Origin: Octopus vulgaris
Lineage: Eukaryota
Length of the DNA stretch: 64,000 bases
Direction: 5' to 3'
Assembly: GCA_951406725.2 (NCBI GenBank)
Contig: OX597832.1
Coordinates: 1,364,001-1,428,000, forward strand
This document shows, one piece after another, positions 13,445 through 27,942 of this stretch (positions are counted from its first letter, which is position 1; each line of letters begins with the position of its first letter). Made by a program: the position numbers and the translations under genes. The notes beneath the pieces are model-generated. The model was not told the DNA's origin, did not search any database, and saw only the letters and a list, made by a program, of their open reading frames with translations.

Positions 13445-14612
13445 ATCATCATCATTATTTAACGTCCATTGCCCCTGCTGGCATAGGTTGGAGGGTTTGA
13501 CCAGGGCTGGAAAGCTGGAAGGCTGCACCAGACTCCAGTCTGATTTGGCATGGTTTCTACAGCTGGATGCCCTTCCTTATACCAACTACTCTGAGAGTGT
13601 AATGGGTGCTTTTACAAGCCACCAGCACAGGTGCCATTTGCGTGACACCAGTATCTGTCACAACTGCAATGTTACTTGGCTTGATGGGTCTTCTTCTCAA
13701 GCATGACATAATGCCAAAGGTCTCAGCCATTTGTCATTGTCTCTGTGAGGCTCAAAACTCAAAAGGTGCTTTTCACTTGCTACCGGCATTGGCCACTTTG
13801 CCTCCATAAGGCTCAACACTGAAAAGGTGCCTTTCACTCGAATTGACACGTCTTCTCAAGCACAGCATATTGCCAAAGGTCTTGGTCACTAGTCATTACC
13901 TCCATTTGTAGATTGTGCTTCACCACCTTGTTCCATATCTTCCTGGGTCTACCTCCACCATAGGTTTCCTCCACACCTAGAGATTGGCACTTCTTCACGC
14001 AGCTGTCCTAGTCCATATGCATCACATGACCATACCAGCACAGCATTTCTCTTGCATACAACATCTGATGCATCTTATGTCTAACTTTGTATTCACCACC
14101 CACTTTTCACCATGCTGATGCCTCTTGTGCCTAACTTTTCTCTCAAGATGCTTAAACTCTGTCGAACATGCACATTGACATCGCACATCCAGTGAAGCAT
14201 ACTGGCTTCATTTCTTTTAAGCTTATGCATGTCCTTGGCTGTCATATCCTATGTTCCACTGCTGTGTAGCACAGCTGTTCACACAGAGGCATCATACAAT
14301 CTGCCTTTCACTCTGAAGGAGAGGTCCTTTGTTTCTAGCAGAGGTAGGAGCTTTCTGAACTTTGCCCAGCCTATACTTATTCTCACAGGTACACTCTCAC
14401 AGCATCCACCTCCACTACTAACTTGGTTACCTAGATAATGGAAGCCATCTACTACCTCTAGCATACCACACTGGCAGTTGATAGAGTCTATTTTCTGTAC
14501 ATTTTCTGTGTTTATTGCACCTGTGCATCTTCCATACTCAAAAGCTATTTTCCCTATTAAGCTTCCTCTGATATTGCTGCACCTTTTATGTGTCCATAGC
14601 TTACACACCTTC
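13445..14612 (-). mobile_element. RTE-clade LINE 3' portion
   Basis: Minus ORF CKLWTHKRCS...YLGNQVSSGGGC...RVKGRLYDA; (CAT)n tail at 13445. Confidence 0.9.
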
Positions 14613-14631
14613 TATCAGATATATATATACA

Positions 14632-14862
14632 GAGGCGCAATGGCCTAGTGGTTAGGGCAGCGGACTCGCGGTCGCAGGATCGCGGTTTCGATTCTCAGAC
14701 CGGGCGTTGTGTGTGTTTATTGAGCGAAAACACCTAAAAGCTCTACGAGGCTCCGGCAGGGGGTGGTGATCCCTGCTGTACTCTTTCACCACAATGGCGG
14801 TGCCCCAGCATGGCCACAGCTCAAGAGCTGAAACTGGAAAAACAAAACAAAACAAAACAAAA
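14632..14862 (+). mobile_element. tRNA-derived SINE
   Basis: A box TGGCCTAGTGG and B-box-like GGTTTCGATTCTC; 3' tail ggcggtgccccagcatggccacagctc...gctgaaact followed by (AAAAC)n. Confidence 0.85.
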
Positions 14863-15384
14863 CATACATACATACATAATATAATTGTGGTATGGGAAAA
14901 GTACCAGCTTCACTTGAAATAGGAGTTAAATTAACTCCTTAGGCACAAAGAGCTCACTTAAAAACAAGCATGGTGAAAAGTAGGTGTTGAATACAAATTA
15001 TAGTTCCTATCTCCATGAAGTCTGCAAAGTGGATAGCAGATAACGTAGTACTGATTTTGGGATTTGTGCCATGGGGCACTTGTTCTTCCTCAGTCAAGTC
15101 TACTGCAAAAGAAGCTAAATTTAAAGATACTTACCTCACATGCTTGCTTGTTCATGTGAACGCCTAATGCGCATTCTGAAAATGAACGAAGCGAATAATT
15201 CATAAACATATATTATGAGAAAATAGTAATATTAGTGGCAATTAAAAGCATGAATTTAGGTAACGGATTTAGGTCATGAATTTAGGCAATTCAAAGCATA
15301 AATTTAGGAATTTAGGAAATATGTTTGTCATATATTTCAACTGCTAAAAGGCAAATACACAGCAGTTACTGTGGAGAAAAATCT

Positions 15385-16110
<726 letters not shown>

Positions 16111-16351
16111 AATCAGTAAATGGTGGGGTTGTGTTGATCGCAAATGGAGAAATGTTAGGGGAGGAAAAGTTATAATAAGGCAGAATGAAAGTAAATTTTA
16201 ATAAAAATGGGTGTATGGAAAATTAAAAAAGAAAAAATAATAAATCAAATCGGTTTTTATTGAAGATTTGGAAGAGGAAAAGAAATTTTTTTTAAATTGA
16301 GGAAGGGGAAAAAAGAAATTTACAATGTTTTTTTCAAAAAAATAATTATGC

Positions 16352-17283
16352 ATCTTTTTTTTCTAGTTTCAGCTCAGAGCTGCGGCCATGCTGATGCACC
16401 GCCGTTTTGTGCTACACTGTTATTACGACGAACCTCGTCTAATATGTGGCACTTGGTGAAGAATGGAGTTTGATATAGCTACTCTCATTTGCACCTCTTG
16501 CCATGAGGTAGGTTCATCTGGAACTCTTGACAGGAAGATGTCCAGCTTTGATTTAAAAACCGCTACATCTACTTTGTGCAAGTTCCTCAGACTCTTTGGG
16601 AGAATATTAAAAAGCTGTGGGCCCCTGAGTCCCAGGCTGTTGCAGAAGCTGGTCCTGAAGCGTGATGGTATTGCTGGGATCTTTGGCACTATGCAGTGTC
16701 GTCCCGTTGAAGCATTGGTGTAGCTTACAATGCCAAAATTTGGCACAATTCCTTCCAGGATCTTCCAGACATATATTACTGCATACCTCTCCCGTCTTCT
16801 TTCCAGGGAGTAGAGTCTTAGCTGTTTAAACCTTTCCCAGTAGCTGAGCTGTTGCAAAGAGACGATCTTCTTTGTGAATCTTCTCTGGATTGCTTCAAGG
16901 TCCGCTGTTAATTTTACACTGGTGGGTGACCAAAGCTGTGAGCAGTAATCCAGGCGTCTGAGGACGAATGTCCGCCAGAGGACCATCATGGTTTCCTTAT
17001 CTCTGGTTCTGAATGTTCTTAGGATCCACCCAATCAGTCGTCTGCACTTTGTCGCCATCCTGGTAATGTGCACTTGGAAAGAGGTATCATCACTCATGTC
17101 GATACCCAGGTCCCTCACTGGTTTAGGCTCTGGGATTGAAATTCCCTGTGGACCGGTGTATCCTGTAAGTTTAATATTCAGTTTTGGATGCTGGTATCGC
17201 AGGGCCTGGAATTTTTCAGCATTAAACTGCATATTATTATCCTCAGCCCATCTGTAGATTGAGTCCAACTCCTGCTGCAGGTC
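16352..17283 (-). mobile_element. CR1/L2-group LINE 3' end with open RT C-terminal frame, 5'-truncated
   Basis: LQQELDSIYRWAEDNNMQFNAEK, VRDLGI, LDYCSQLWSP, LEAIQRRFTK and LYSLERRRER; stop at 16423; short 3' UTR and poly(A) (T-run at 16354-16362 on +). Confidence 0.92.
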
Positions 17284-17748
17284 TGCATATATACAAAAAT
17301 TAATATATAAGTATACCAATACATTGTAGAGTCTTTATGCTTTTAGAGTTCAATAATAGTCCTTGGAAAAACTTCTTTGGAGGATTAGGATCCTCCAAAG
17401 TAGTGCTTGGTTTAAAGCATTGGGTAAATGTATGTCAAAACAGGAAGTGGGGTAGGAGTTATCCGGTTCCTGTGAGTAAGGGGAGACAACTCTGTGGATT
17501 TTATGCTCTTTAATTGGAATGATGGATTTTTTTTGTCAAACAGGATGCCTATATCAATTTTTTGCCAGATAGGATTCTAGAAAGGAGTATGGTCATCGTG
17601 TGCATATTAAGATGCATTTGGAATTTTTCAATAAAAGGATTCTCTTTGTTGATTCTTTCTTGTGTAGAGATTCCGTTTTTACATTGGTAGAAAGGGAATA
17701 TGTGAAATATATATATATTTATATATATTTTATATATAAATTTATATA

Positions 17749-17749
<1 letters not shown>

Positions 17750-17836
<87 letters not shown>
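17750..17836. repeat. (TA)n microsatellite
   Basis: Directly visible. Confidence 0.98.
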
Positions 17837-17839
<3 letters not shown>

Positions 17840-17840
<1 letters not shown>

Positions 17841-18270
17841 GATAGATAAAGGGTGAAATATAATTAATTTAATAAAATCAACAAATTTCACCAAGTAGTA
17901 TTTCGGTATGGAATAGGACCATATTCGGTAAAATTATATCTAATTGTAACAATGAGGGTCTTTGCAACAAGTTGCTAGACCACATACCGAAAGTATTAGA
18001 AATACTATTAGCATTTCTAGATTTATTTATCGGAATATTATGTTGATAAAGGAAATGAATCTTCGATTCTAATCCAGAAACGTGCGTCCATAATTGACCG
18101 TGGACTGTTTGATTTCGTTATTTTTCTTCGTTTTTTTGCCACATAATGAGTTACAAATACTGTTGTCTGTGGGGACATATTTTTGTAGTAAAAGAAATAA
18201 CAGTCCTCTGGCTGCTATTTCTAATACTTTCGGTATGTGGTCTAGCAACTTGTTGCAAAGACCCTCATTG

Positions 18271-18273
<3 letters not shown>
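17840..18273. mobile_element. (TA)n-flanked fold-back element with a degenerate hammerhead-like motif
   Basis: ~58-bp inverted repeat 17947-18004 / 18216-18273; motif attatg-TTGATAA-stem-GAAAC-gtgc-GTC-cataat at 18037-18094. Confidence 0.6.
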
Positions 18274-18324
<51 letters not shown>

Positions 18325-18326
<2 letters not shown>

Positions 18327-19046
18327 TGATGCATATTTGCCATTTGAATATGGCTAACCCCTAAGGATGGATGCTACTGTAGTTTGTAGCCCCAGGAAGA
18401 TACCTTCTCCAGCTGGCTATAGACACACTTTCCTTCCCGTCTTCAACTTATGATACACACGGACTCGAGTTTCAAGGTGTTGACCTATCATAAGTTGAAG
18501 ACGGGAAGGATGACTTCCCTTCACAAATACTGATAGGGCACAGAAAGTGTGTCTATAGCCAGCTGGAGGAGGTATCTTCCTGGGGCTACAAACTACAGTA
18601 GCATCCACCCTTAGGGGTTAGCCATATTCAGATGGCAAATATGCGTCACGATGTGTTACCGCTACTGTTTATAACTCGCTCTGAGATTTATCATTGTTTG
18701 ATTTCACTTTTTCAATATCAGTGTCAATCGACACTGGAAAAAGTATATGTATTTGTGAGGGAAACTGAATTCTCGTCGACAACTATGATTGTCACACGCC
18801 GATGATAGGTCAACACCTTGAAACTCGAGTCCGTGTGTATCATAAGTTGAAGACGGGAAGGATGTCTTCCCTTCACAAATACTGATAGGGCACAGAAAGT
18901 GTGTCTATAGCCAGCTGGAGGAGGTATCTTCCTGGGGCTACAAACTACAGTAGCATCCACCCTTAGGGGTTAGCCATATTCAAATGGCAAATATGCGTCA
19001 CGATGTGTTACCGCTACTGTTTATAACTCGCTCTGAGATTTATCAT

Positions 19047-19051
<5 letters not shown>
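18325..19051. mobile_element. Retrozyme/Penelope pLTR-like non-coding element (tandem plus inverted copies)
   Basis: 214-bp direct repeat at 18486-18699 and 18838-19051 (period 352); inverted copy at 18325-18490; (TA)n on both sides. Confidence 0.7.
18793..18837 (+). ncRNA. Minimal type I hammerhead ribozyme motif (U4C variant)
   Basis: Stem I cacacg/cgtgtg; core CCGATGA (consensus CTGANGA); stem II aggt-caac-acct; GAAAC-tcga-GTC with palindromic ACTCGAGT. Confidence 0.7.
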
Positions 19052-19389
<338 letters not shown>

Positions 19390-20477
19390 TTGGGTTGTCT
19401 GGAAAGTTTGTGCCGATTTATAACAGCTTACCTTTCGACTTATTTTAGAACATGGTTGAGTCTATAAAATATGATTTGACTACACCTCCATTTAGAGCAC
19501 AGTTTAAGCTATCTTTTTGTGGAAGAAGATTTATGTTCCTATAACCTGTGTTAATTCTGTAACTCTTTAAAATGAAAGATAAGAAAGTTCATTTTCAGCG
19601 CTTGATGCTTTTCTTTTCCTGTAAAGGGGAAAATGCCTCACAAGCAACCAAGTTTACGGTGATGTTTCTTTATCCGAAAGAACTGTATGAAAGTGGTTTG
19701 CAAAGTTCCGAGCTGGAGATTGTAGCAATATTGATAAAGAGTGAACAGGCAGACCATCCACTACAGATGATGACCAAATCAAGTCATTGAGAATAACTCA
19801 CATTGCACAACCCGAGAATTGGCAGAAAGCCTCAAACTATCAAAATCCATCGTTCATGAGCACCTGGTAAAGCTTGGGTACACAAATCGCTATGATGTTT
19901 GGGTACCACATGAGTTGAGTGAGAAGAACCTTTTGGATTGTATTTCCATTTGTGATTTGCTTAATAAACGGGATGAAAACGCATCTTTTTTTAAATCAAA
20001 TTGTGATAGATGATGAGAAAGGGATTATCCTCCGAAATGTTCAGTGAAAGCGATCCTGGAGTAAGCGACATGAGCCACCCTTAGCCACCCCAAAAGTAGA
20101 TCTTCACTCTAAAAAAAGTCTTGCTTTGTGTCTGGTGAGATTGGAAAGGAATTCTGTACTATGAGCTTCTCTCAAGTAACCAGACAATTAATTCTGAGAA
20201 ATAGTGCACAGAACTGGACGAGTTAAAAGCAGCAATTCAAGAGAAATGTCCAGAATTGGCCAACAGGAAGGGTGTTGTTTTCCAAGATGATAATGCAAGT
20301 CCGCACGTTTCTTCGGGAACCAGACAAAAATTGCTGCAGCTCGGCTGGGATGTGTTACCCCACTCTCCATATTCACCAGATATTGCTCCTTCGGATTTCC
20401 ACTTATTCAGGTCTCTGCAGCATAGTCTTAATGGTAAAAATTTCAATTCCTTGGATGACGTAAAAAGATACCTTGAT
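19390..20477 (+). mobile_element. Mariner transposon, degraded and 3'-truncated
   Basis: TA then TIR-like ttgggttgtctggaaagtt; WVPHEL, QDDNASPH and YSPDIAPSDFHLF; multiple frameshifts. Confidence 0.92.
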
Positions 20478-21054
20478 GTGTCTTCGAAGTTAACTCCACA
20501 TAGTTTGCATCTGTTGTCACATTTTGCTGCATCTCTGTCCTGTTTGTGCATCAGGTATTTGGTTGATATTTCCTGTTCCCTTCAAAGTAGGAGTAATTTG
20601 GTTGTTGGTCCATGATACACTGCTTTGATTATCTATGTTATCCCAGAACTTTCTAATAATGTATCTATGCATGGTGTTCTACTGACATATGCTCATCCTT
20701 TCATCTGATGATACATTGCAGCAGAGTTGTGTGAGTTCATTGGGCATGTATTTAAGGCTTTCAGACAAAGAATGCTGCTCAAGGAGCTGCTTTCAAAGTC
20801 TCAGGTATGCAAACTTGATCAAGGGATAAACTTTGACACATGGTGGTTAAAAGATGTTGCTGAAGGGATTTGATATGACATTTAAAGGCAGTCTGAATCA
20901 ATGTTAAGCCTCTGTCTCCTTGTTTTCATTTACGTTGATGTGGAAATTATGTGCACTTGTAAGTATCTTTTGGGTTTTCACATCAGTAGTTTGGCTCTCA
21001 TCAAGCAACCAATCAAGCAGCCCAGATGTTGGTATGAGTAAATACCTCTTTCGA

Positions 21055-21363
21055 TCATCAATGACCATTGGTTACACCGAGAAAGTTCCCCTCTGAAGCA
21101 CAAGTCTGGACAAGGTTGTTTATGGAAGACCAGCAGTGACCCATGCATACCAGCCTCCCCTCTCCATCACCGAAGTTATCCAAGGGATAGGGTGATACAG
21201 TTTGGTACCAATGATGTTGCAACTCATTTCTACAAATGAGCGAATGGAGCAATGTGAAATAAAGTATCTTGCTCAAGAACACAACACACAGCCTAGTCCA
21301 GGAATTGAACTCACTACCTCATGATCGTGAGCCTGATGCTCTAACCACTGAACCATATGCCTT
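21055..21363 (-). mobile_element. tRNA-derived SINE
   Basis: Reverse strand shows A box (ggttcagtggttagagc) and B box (gagttcaattcc), then gtgttcttgagcaagatacttt and a (GAT)n-like tail; related fragment at 56820-56990. Confidence 0.75.
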
Positions 21364-21947
21364 TACTTAGTATGAATAGTGGCACTGCAAACACATTGTG
21401 GGCCACTGCTTTATTAAATGCATGTATGTATGTGGATGGATGGATAGACAGACAGAGATATACTTTGTGAATCCTGGTTTTAGGATATCTCTGAATGTCA
21501 TAAAAATCAATTAAAACTGTGGGCATATCAGAAAGGTCATTTGAACAAGAAACAGTCACAAAAGTTCCTGTCCAAATCACACCAATGTGGAAAAGTAGAC
21601 ATAAAACTGATGATGACATACAGAAGAGAGATAAATATTTTTGTAATGTTGAAATCGTTCAGTATTTGTGAATAGCAGCTTGAGCAGGAGACATCAGTAA
21701 TGTAAGAAATATTATTGTGCAGGTAACTCAAATCTACAATGGTTTTCAACTTGTGGCTCTATTTAATTTGAACTTGAAGCAGATATTCTTCAAATTTTCT
21801 CTCTGAATCCAATAGTGATGATCACTCATTATTAGGTATATCTTCTCCTAAAATTCTGATTAATCAAACATGTTCTAATGAATGATTTAAACATTTTTCT
21901 ACTTTACAGAATAGGTTAAATACTAGTATTTTCATTTTCTGTTACAG

Positions 21948-22060
21948 TACATTGTCATCAGGACTGAGCAGTCTCTCTACAATTACTCTCATTGATTTCG
22001 TGAAACCTAATATAAAACATCTTTCTGATAGGACAGCCACAATAGTAGCCAAGTCTGCAG
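21948..22060 (+). CDS. SLC5 symporter exon C
   Basis: ttacag acceptor and gtcagt donor; (S)TLSSGLSSLSTITLIDFVKPNIKHLSDRTATIVAKSA; phase 2 to 1, continuing exon B. Confidence 0.93.
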
Positions 22061-22679
22061 GTCAGTACAGCTCTTGCTTTGTTTATTAACATTTTAATGC
22101 ATGTTACTTTAGAACCAGCAAGTAAATAAAAATGTATTAGATTTTTTCTATTAGTTTGTCAGAGAAGAGACATGATATGTACAGGTGCTACTGTTTGATA
22201 TGGAAATTTTCACTCATTTTGTGTGATTATAGTAGGCAAAACAGGTGTGTTAAATGGGCTTGGGTGTTTAAAATGTGTTGCTGATTGAGTTTTTGCTAAT
22301 CAGCAAAATGCCATTCTCTTTTAGATCAGAAGTGTATAGATAGTTCTTTATACTTCACTATCCATCACTTGTGAGCTTTTCACCAATGATTCCATGGATT
22401 TTACTTACCTATATAAGTCAAATAAACATAAAGGATAATTTGAATTCTCATTGTTGAATGATTTTTCTGGATATTTTACCCATCTATGCTGAATCACTAT
22501 GAATTTTCATCCTTGGAATTTTCTTAGTTTCCTGCTGTGTTTCTATTTTTGTTTCCTGTGTTTCTTGGTTTCCTGCTGTGTTCCTGCTGTGTTTCTATTT
22601 TTTGTTTCCCTCTCTTCTCTATAAATATGTTATAAATGACTTGATACTTTGCAACTGCCTGTTCATAATTTATTCTATT

Positions 22680-23300
22680 ACACTGTGGAACGGTCGTTGA
22701 AGGAGGATGGTCTCTTAATGACATGAAGTAAGAGCAGCAGATGGAAGCATTTGGAGTTCAAGAGGTGAACTGTGTAGACATGTCCGATTGTGTTGCCTTT
22801 GTACATGGCTGGATCCAACTGTGTAGGCAGGTCTTGTTTGCGTCGTTGTCACTGGAAAGATGATTGATTCCATATATATAATAATGTGGCACTTCAGCGT
22901 ACAAAATAGACTTTGTGAAGGGGTCAACTTTCGCGTTCAGTTTTGTAAAAAACCCACTTCATCATTTGTAAAATCTGTTGATCGTGTAGATTTTATTCGA
23001 AAAACGGCTCTGTCCAACCCTTTGGTAATGTACTTGCATACGTAACATGTAGATTTGACAGAATTACAGAATTCTACATTGATGTGTGTATGAAATATTT
23101 TGCAGAGCATCTTGTGGGATACAACTCACCAATTGTCAACCAAAAAGTGTAGCAAAGGATACAAATGTAAGGGAGACAATCAATTTCTGAATGTTACTTT
23201 GCAAAAAGTTGCTTCCTTTGTCCACAAAAGTCACTGTACAACAGAAGTGGAGGTTTTACTGACCCTTTCTCTAGAAGCCCCATTACTCCATATTACTCCA
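22680..23300 (-). mobile_element. Helitron RepHel coding fragment (degraded)
   Basis: Minus strand gives HINVE, KYITKGLDRAVF, ILYAEVPHYY.WN and IGHVYTVH...CFHLLLLLHVIKRPSSF, typical of Helitron RepHel. Confidence 0.75.
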
Positions 23301-25269
23301 TAAGTGAAAAATCTAAAGAGTGTAGAACTATCTGTGGAACGTAAGGGAAGTATTTGCCAAGCATGAACAAAATTGGATGAAAGATATTGATTTCACATGG
23401 GATCGAGTAAATGGCCTGTCACACACACACACACACACTCACATCTTTTGTCTTATATATTATAGATTATGTAAAATAAATAAATTAACAAATAAATAAG
23501 AAAACAAAAATTTACTTAGTTTTTCAGAGGAAAATAAACCACTGTAAATCTATGCTTATAATTTTATGCATTCATACTTTCGAAAAAACAGAAGAACCAG
23601 AAATATATAATATGACAATAGAAATGCTTTTAATTCCTCTAGGGTTTACTATAAATTTATTTGTATATTATTAAATTTAATTTAGATGCTTATAATTATT
23701 CAAGATAAAATAAAGTAATAAAATTTTGAACTTTTATTCATCTACAAAAATAGTTGTATACATAAGATAAATACAATTATATTACTTATAATACAATACT
23801 AAATTTAGTTAGTAATTCACTGAATTATTGTGAATATCCTTATTAATATACTAATTTAAAATTATGAATCAATCAGGCCCAATAAAATATTTTTTCCAAA
23901 TTCAGTTACATCAAAAATGTGGACTGTGTGATAAAGATGGATAAAATATTGCAAGAAAAACTGTGTGTGTGTGTGCGTCTGTGCGTATATAAATGTGTAT
24001 AAGTGAATATTCTTATGGATGAACTGATTGAAAGTCAGGTGTGCATGTTTTTACTTTCGTATTTGTGTGAGTATGTGAATGTTTGGATATATCTGTTACA
24101 CGTTATTCAATATTTTTTGAATAATAATATATATACTTTTTATTTTATCAGTATCTAATACTTTTAATTTAGTTGTTATACATCACTCATTATTTTTTAA
24201 TGATGTAGATATATAAAAGGGAACATTGGTGTCTTTTGAGATTTTGATAAACAACAATTTCTTCTTTTCATACACAAGAAATAATAGTTGTTGTTACTAC
24301 AAGTGACAAAACATCAAGAGAGTGTTTGTTCATGGTGTAGCTGTAGCAGCAGATAAAGTGTGGTTAGTTGCTTGCCAGCTACTGTCTTCTAATGTTGTTC
24401 ACCCTCCAACTGTTCATTGCCTTTGTGTTGTCAGCTCTTCTCTGCCATTTCTGTTTAACTCTTACAGTATCTGTCAATGCTCTCTCTGCTGCATCCCAAA
24501 GCTCTCTGTCTAGTGTTGATGACATACTGAATTTATAATGGTCAATAGGCTCAGAAGGAAGTGCACCAAAAGAAAAAAATAGTCATTACTGGAGCCTATT
24601 CGACATGAAATTGTGATTGGTCAGATTTTGTTGATCTCATGGGCAATATTCTAGTGAATCATGATATCGGACGATTGTTGAATATTCTCGCTACATAGAT
24701 ATACTTATAAATATAATGGCATGAGAACTGGTTTCTCATTCCTCAAACATTCTATTATTTCAGAAAAAAAAACACATCTTCATCATGAAATAATTTAGTT
24801 TTATCTGCCTAGAAAAATCTGTCTGTATTCAAGGGAGCATGAGAAAATGATAGATAATTTTACAAAAAAGCCTACAAGTAAATCAATTGGTGGTAAAAAA
24901 AAAAGACAAAAAAAAACTCTTGACAATAAACAGTGGGTAACAACATTATCAAATAACAAAGTAGATACTAAGTTGTGCAGTTAGCTACCCTAATGACTTT
25001 AGGGAAGACACTATTAATAGATGTATGATTCTGGAGATACCTGTTCATTTATTTATTCATTTTCCTTTTCATTCTTTTGTTCTCTTAGGTTCATTTCTTG
25101 GCCTCTTAATTTGGATTTGTTGCTTATTATGGATTTATTATTATTTTAACTATGATATGCTAATGAAATGATAATAACATCTTCAACAAGAAGTATATAT
25201 TCTGTTGAAATAAGTACTGATTCAGCAAATAAGTTTATATATAAATTGATTTATTGAATCAATCCTTAT

Positions 25270-27942
25270 GGGTGGCTTCTGTGGGGTGCATTGAGGCACC
25301 CTATAGATTGCTGGAGTTCTGTGATGCAAATGAACTTATGATCTGCAGTACTAACTTCAGCAAACCAGCCAGTCACTTGTTCACTTATTAATCTGGTAGC
25401 CATACAAGTTGATTGACTACATTCTCACCAGAAACTGAAAGAGATGGTTAGTTTTAAATGTAAAGTCCTTCTCAAGCGAAGAGTGTACCCTTCAACATAG
25501 GCTAGTCATTGGTGACTTCAAGCTCAGGACTAGAAGGATACCAAGAAAAGAAAGATTTGGAAGCTTAAAGAACCACAAAATAGTCAGAGATTTAGGGATG
25601 TACTAATTGAAATATTTGATGAGAAGGAGAAGACAGTGACATATAACACAGAGGATAACTGGTGGTTCCTATGTGATGACTTAATGAGAGCCACTGACCA
25701 CATTTTTGGCTGGTACATAGTCTCCTTCAGACCTAAGGTTGGTGCAACAGGGAAGGAACAAGAACATTAGAGCGAAGAAATGGACTTTGAAGGACTGGAA
25801 GAGTGATGGTAGCAAGGAACTATATCAGATAGCTTGGAGGGAGATTAGGAGGCAGGTATATTTAGCAAGGGGAGAAGCAGAAAGGAAGAAATTTGCCAAT
25901 GTTCAGTAGCTTGAGGAGCAGAGGCTTGAAGTGTTTCCAATTGCAAGGCAGTGTGTGAGATAAAATTGTGATGTTGTTGGAGAGAAGCATGTTTGCATGA
26001 ATGATGGTTCACTTACAGTTAGTGATTCTGTGAAGAAAGAGGCTTGGAAATACCACTATGAAAGGCTATTAAATGTAGAATATGCATGTGAGGAGAGTCT
26101 TCCTAATGTGTATCCAACAAAGGACTAACTATCTGAATTTACAATAGCTTGGTAGATGAAGCAATTAAGGATACAAAGACAGGAAAAGCCCCTGGCACTT
26201 CAAGAAACAGCATTGAAATGCGTAAAATATCTGGTGGAGTGGGATATGGCTTATTCATCCACCTAATCAGGTTGTCTAATCAACCTAATCAAGTTGTCTA
26301 TGCAGGAATCATACCCATTGACTGGTGTAGCAGCATTATAGTCAACTGCTACAATGGTAAAGTTGATGCCTTAGACAGAAATTGAGGTAGCAAATTGTTG
26401 GAACTAGGCAATGAAAGTTACAGAGGGTCATAGCTCAACTAATTACAAAGAGGGTTAGCCTAGATGAGATGCAGTTTGGTTTTGTGTCTGGGAGAAGCAT
26501 GATTGATTTTATATTCTTGGTAAGGTGACTGCAGGAGAAGTATTTAGCTGAGAATAAACTTTGGCACATGGTTTTTGCCGACTTGGAGAAAGCCTTTGAC
26601 AGGGTTCCCACACTCTCTCATCTGGTAGTCAATGCAAAAGTTTGGGATAAATAAGTGATTGGCAAGAGTGTACAAGCCATGTACAGGGATACTATCAATA
26701 AGGTGAAGGTCAGCAATGTGTATAACAATGAAGTCAATGTACAAGTAGGAGTTTACCAAGGATCAATTCTCAGCCCACTCTTGTTTATCATAGTCCTCCA
26801 GGCCATAATGGAGGATTTCAAAACTGGCTGCCCGTGGGAGCTCCTTTATGCTGATGACATCGTTCATATAGCTGAACTAGAGAAGAAATTTCAGTTGTGG
26901 AAGCAAGTTCTGGAATCAAAGGCCTTAGTGTTACTTAGCTAATACCAAAGCCCTAGTAAGTAGGAAAAGAGGCAGATCACGAATCCTTTCAGGGAGATGG
27001 TCTTGCTCAATAAGTAGGAAAAGTGTTGGGAGAAACTCCATACAGTGTACTCAATGCCAGCTATGGACACATAAGAAGTGTAGCAGTATCATAGGATGGT
27101 TAACAGAGAAAGTAGAACTACAATAAAAACAGGCTGGGCAAAGTTCTGAGAACTACTACCTTTGTCAGTAACAAAGGGCTTCTCTTTCAGAGAGTGAAAG
27201 ACAGATTGTATGATGCCTGTGTATGTACGGCTATGCTACATGGCAGTGAAACATTGGCTATGACAAAAGAGGAACTGTGAAGGTTTGAAAGAAAGAAAGC
27301 TAGCATGTTCAGCTGGATGGGTAATGTCAGTGTGCATGTATGGCAGAGTGTAAATGATTTAAGAAAAAAATTGGGTATAAGAGGCATCAGATGTGTATGC
27401 AAGAGAGAAGACTGCACAGTTTGGTCATGTGATGTGTATGGATGAGGACAGCTGTATAAAGAAGTGGCGATCTCTAATTGGAGAAGGAACCTGTGGAAGG
27501 GGTAGACCTAGCTAGACGTGAAATGAAGTGATGAGAAAGATATCTCAATATCTTGAGATATTGGGCCTCACTGAGGATATGACGAAGGGACCAAAATTTC
27601 TGGTGATTTGCTGTGCTTGAGAAGACATGTCAAAACTGTGGCCATCCATACATACAGATAAGTCCTTTACAATCATGCTTCCCACTTCCTCTCATTTGAG
27701 AGGTCTTTGTCTTGCAGGCTCATGGTGTCATATAAAAAACACTTGTGCTGGTGCCACAAAGTGCACCCAGTACACTTTGTAAAGTGGTTGATATCAGTAA
27801 GGGCATCCAGTTATAGAAACCATGCCAAAACAAACAATTCAAGCCTGGGCAGCTCTCTGGCCAGCCAGCTCCTGTAAAATCGTGCAGCCCATGCCAGCAT
27901 GGAAAACGGACATTAAATGACAATGACGACGACGACGATGAT
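25270..27942 (+). mobile_element. RTE-clade LINE, old degraded copy
   Basis: Colinear with 53500-56641 (KTGKAPG, DWCSSIIVNCY, PWELLYADD); tail ...gacgacgatgat. Confidence 0.92.

Noticed and set aside
14632-14705. tRNA gene
   Set aside because: A and B boxes are present but there is no convincing cloverleaf, and the sequence continues into a SINE body and tail
21341-21790. Antisense kinase-like fragment (LSYLH...DFN)
   Set aside because: No HRD or DFG motif, no clear splice sites, and the frames are broken
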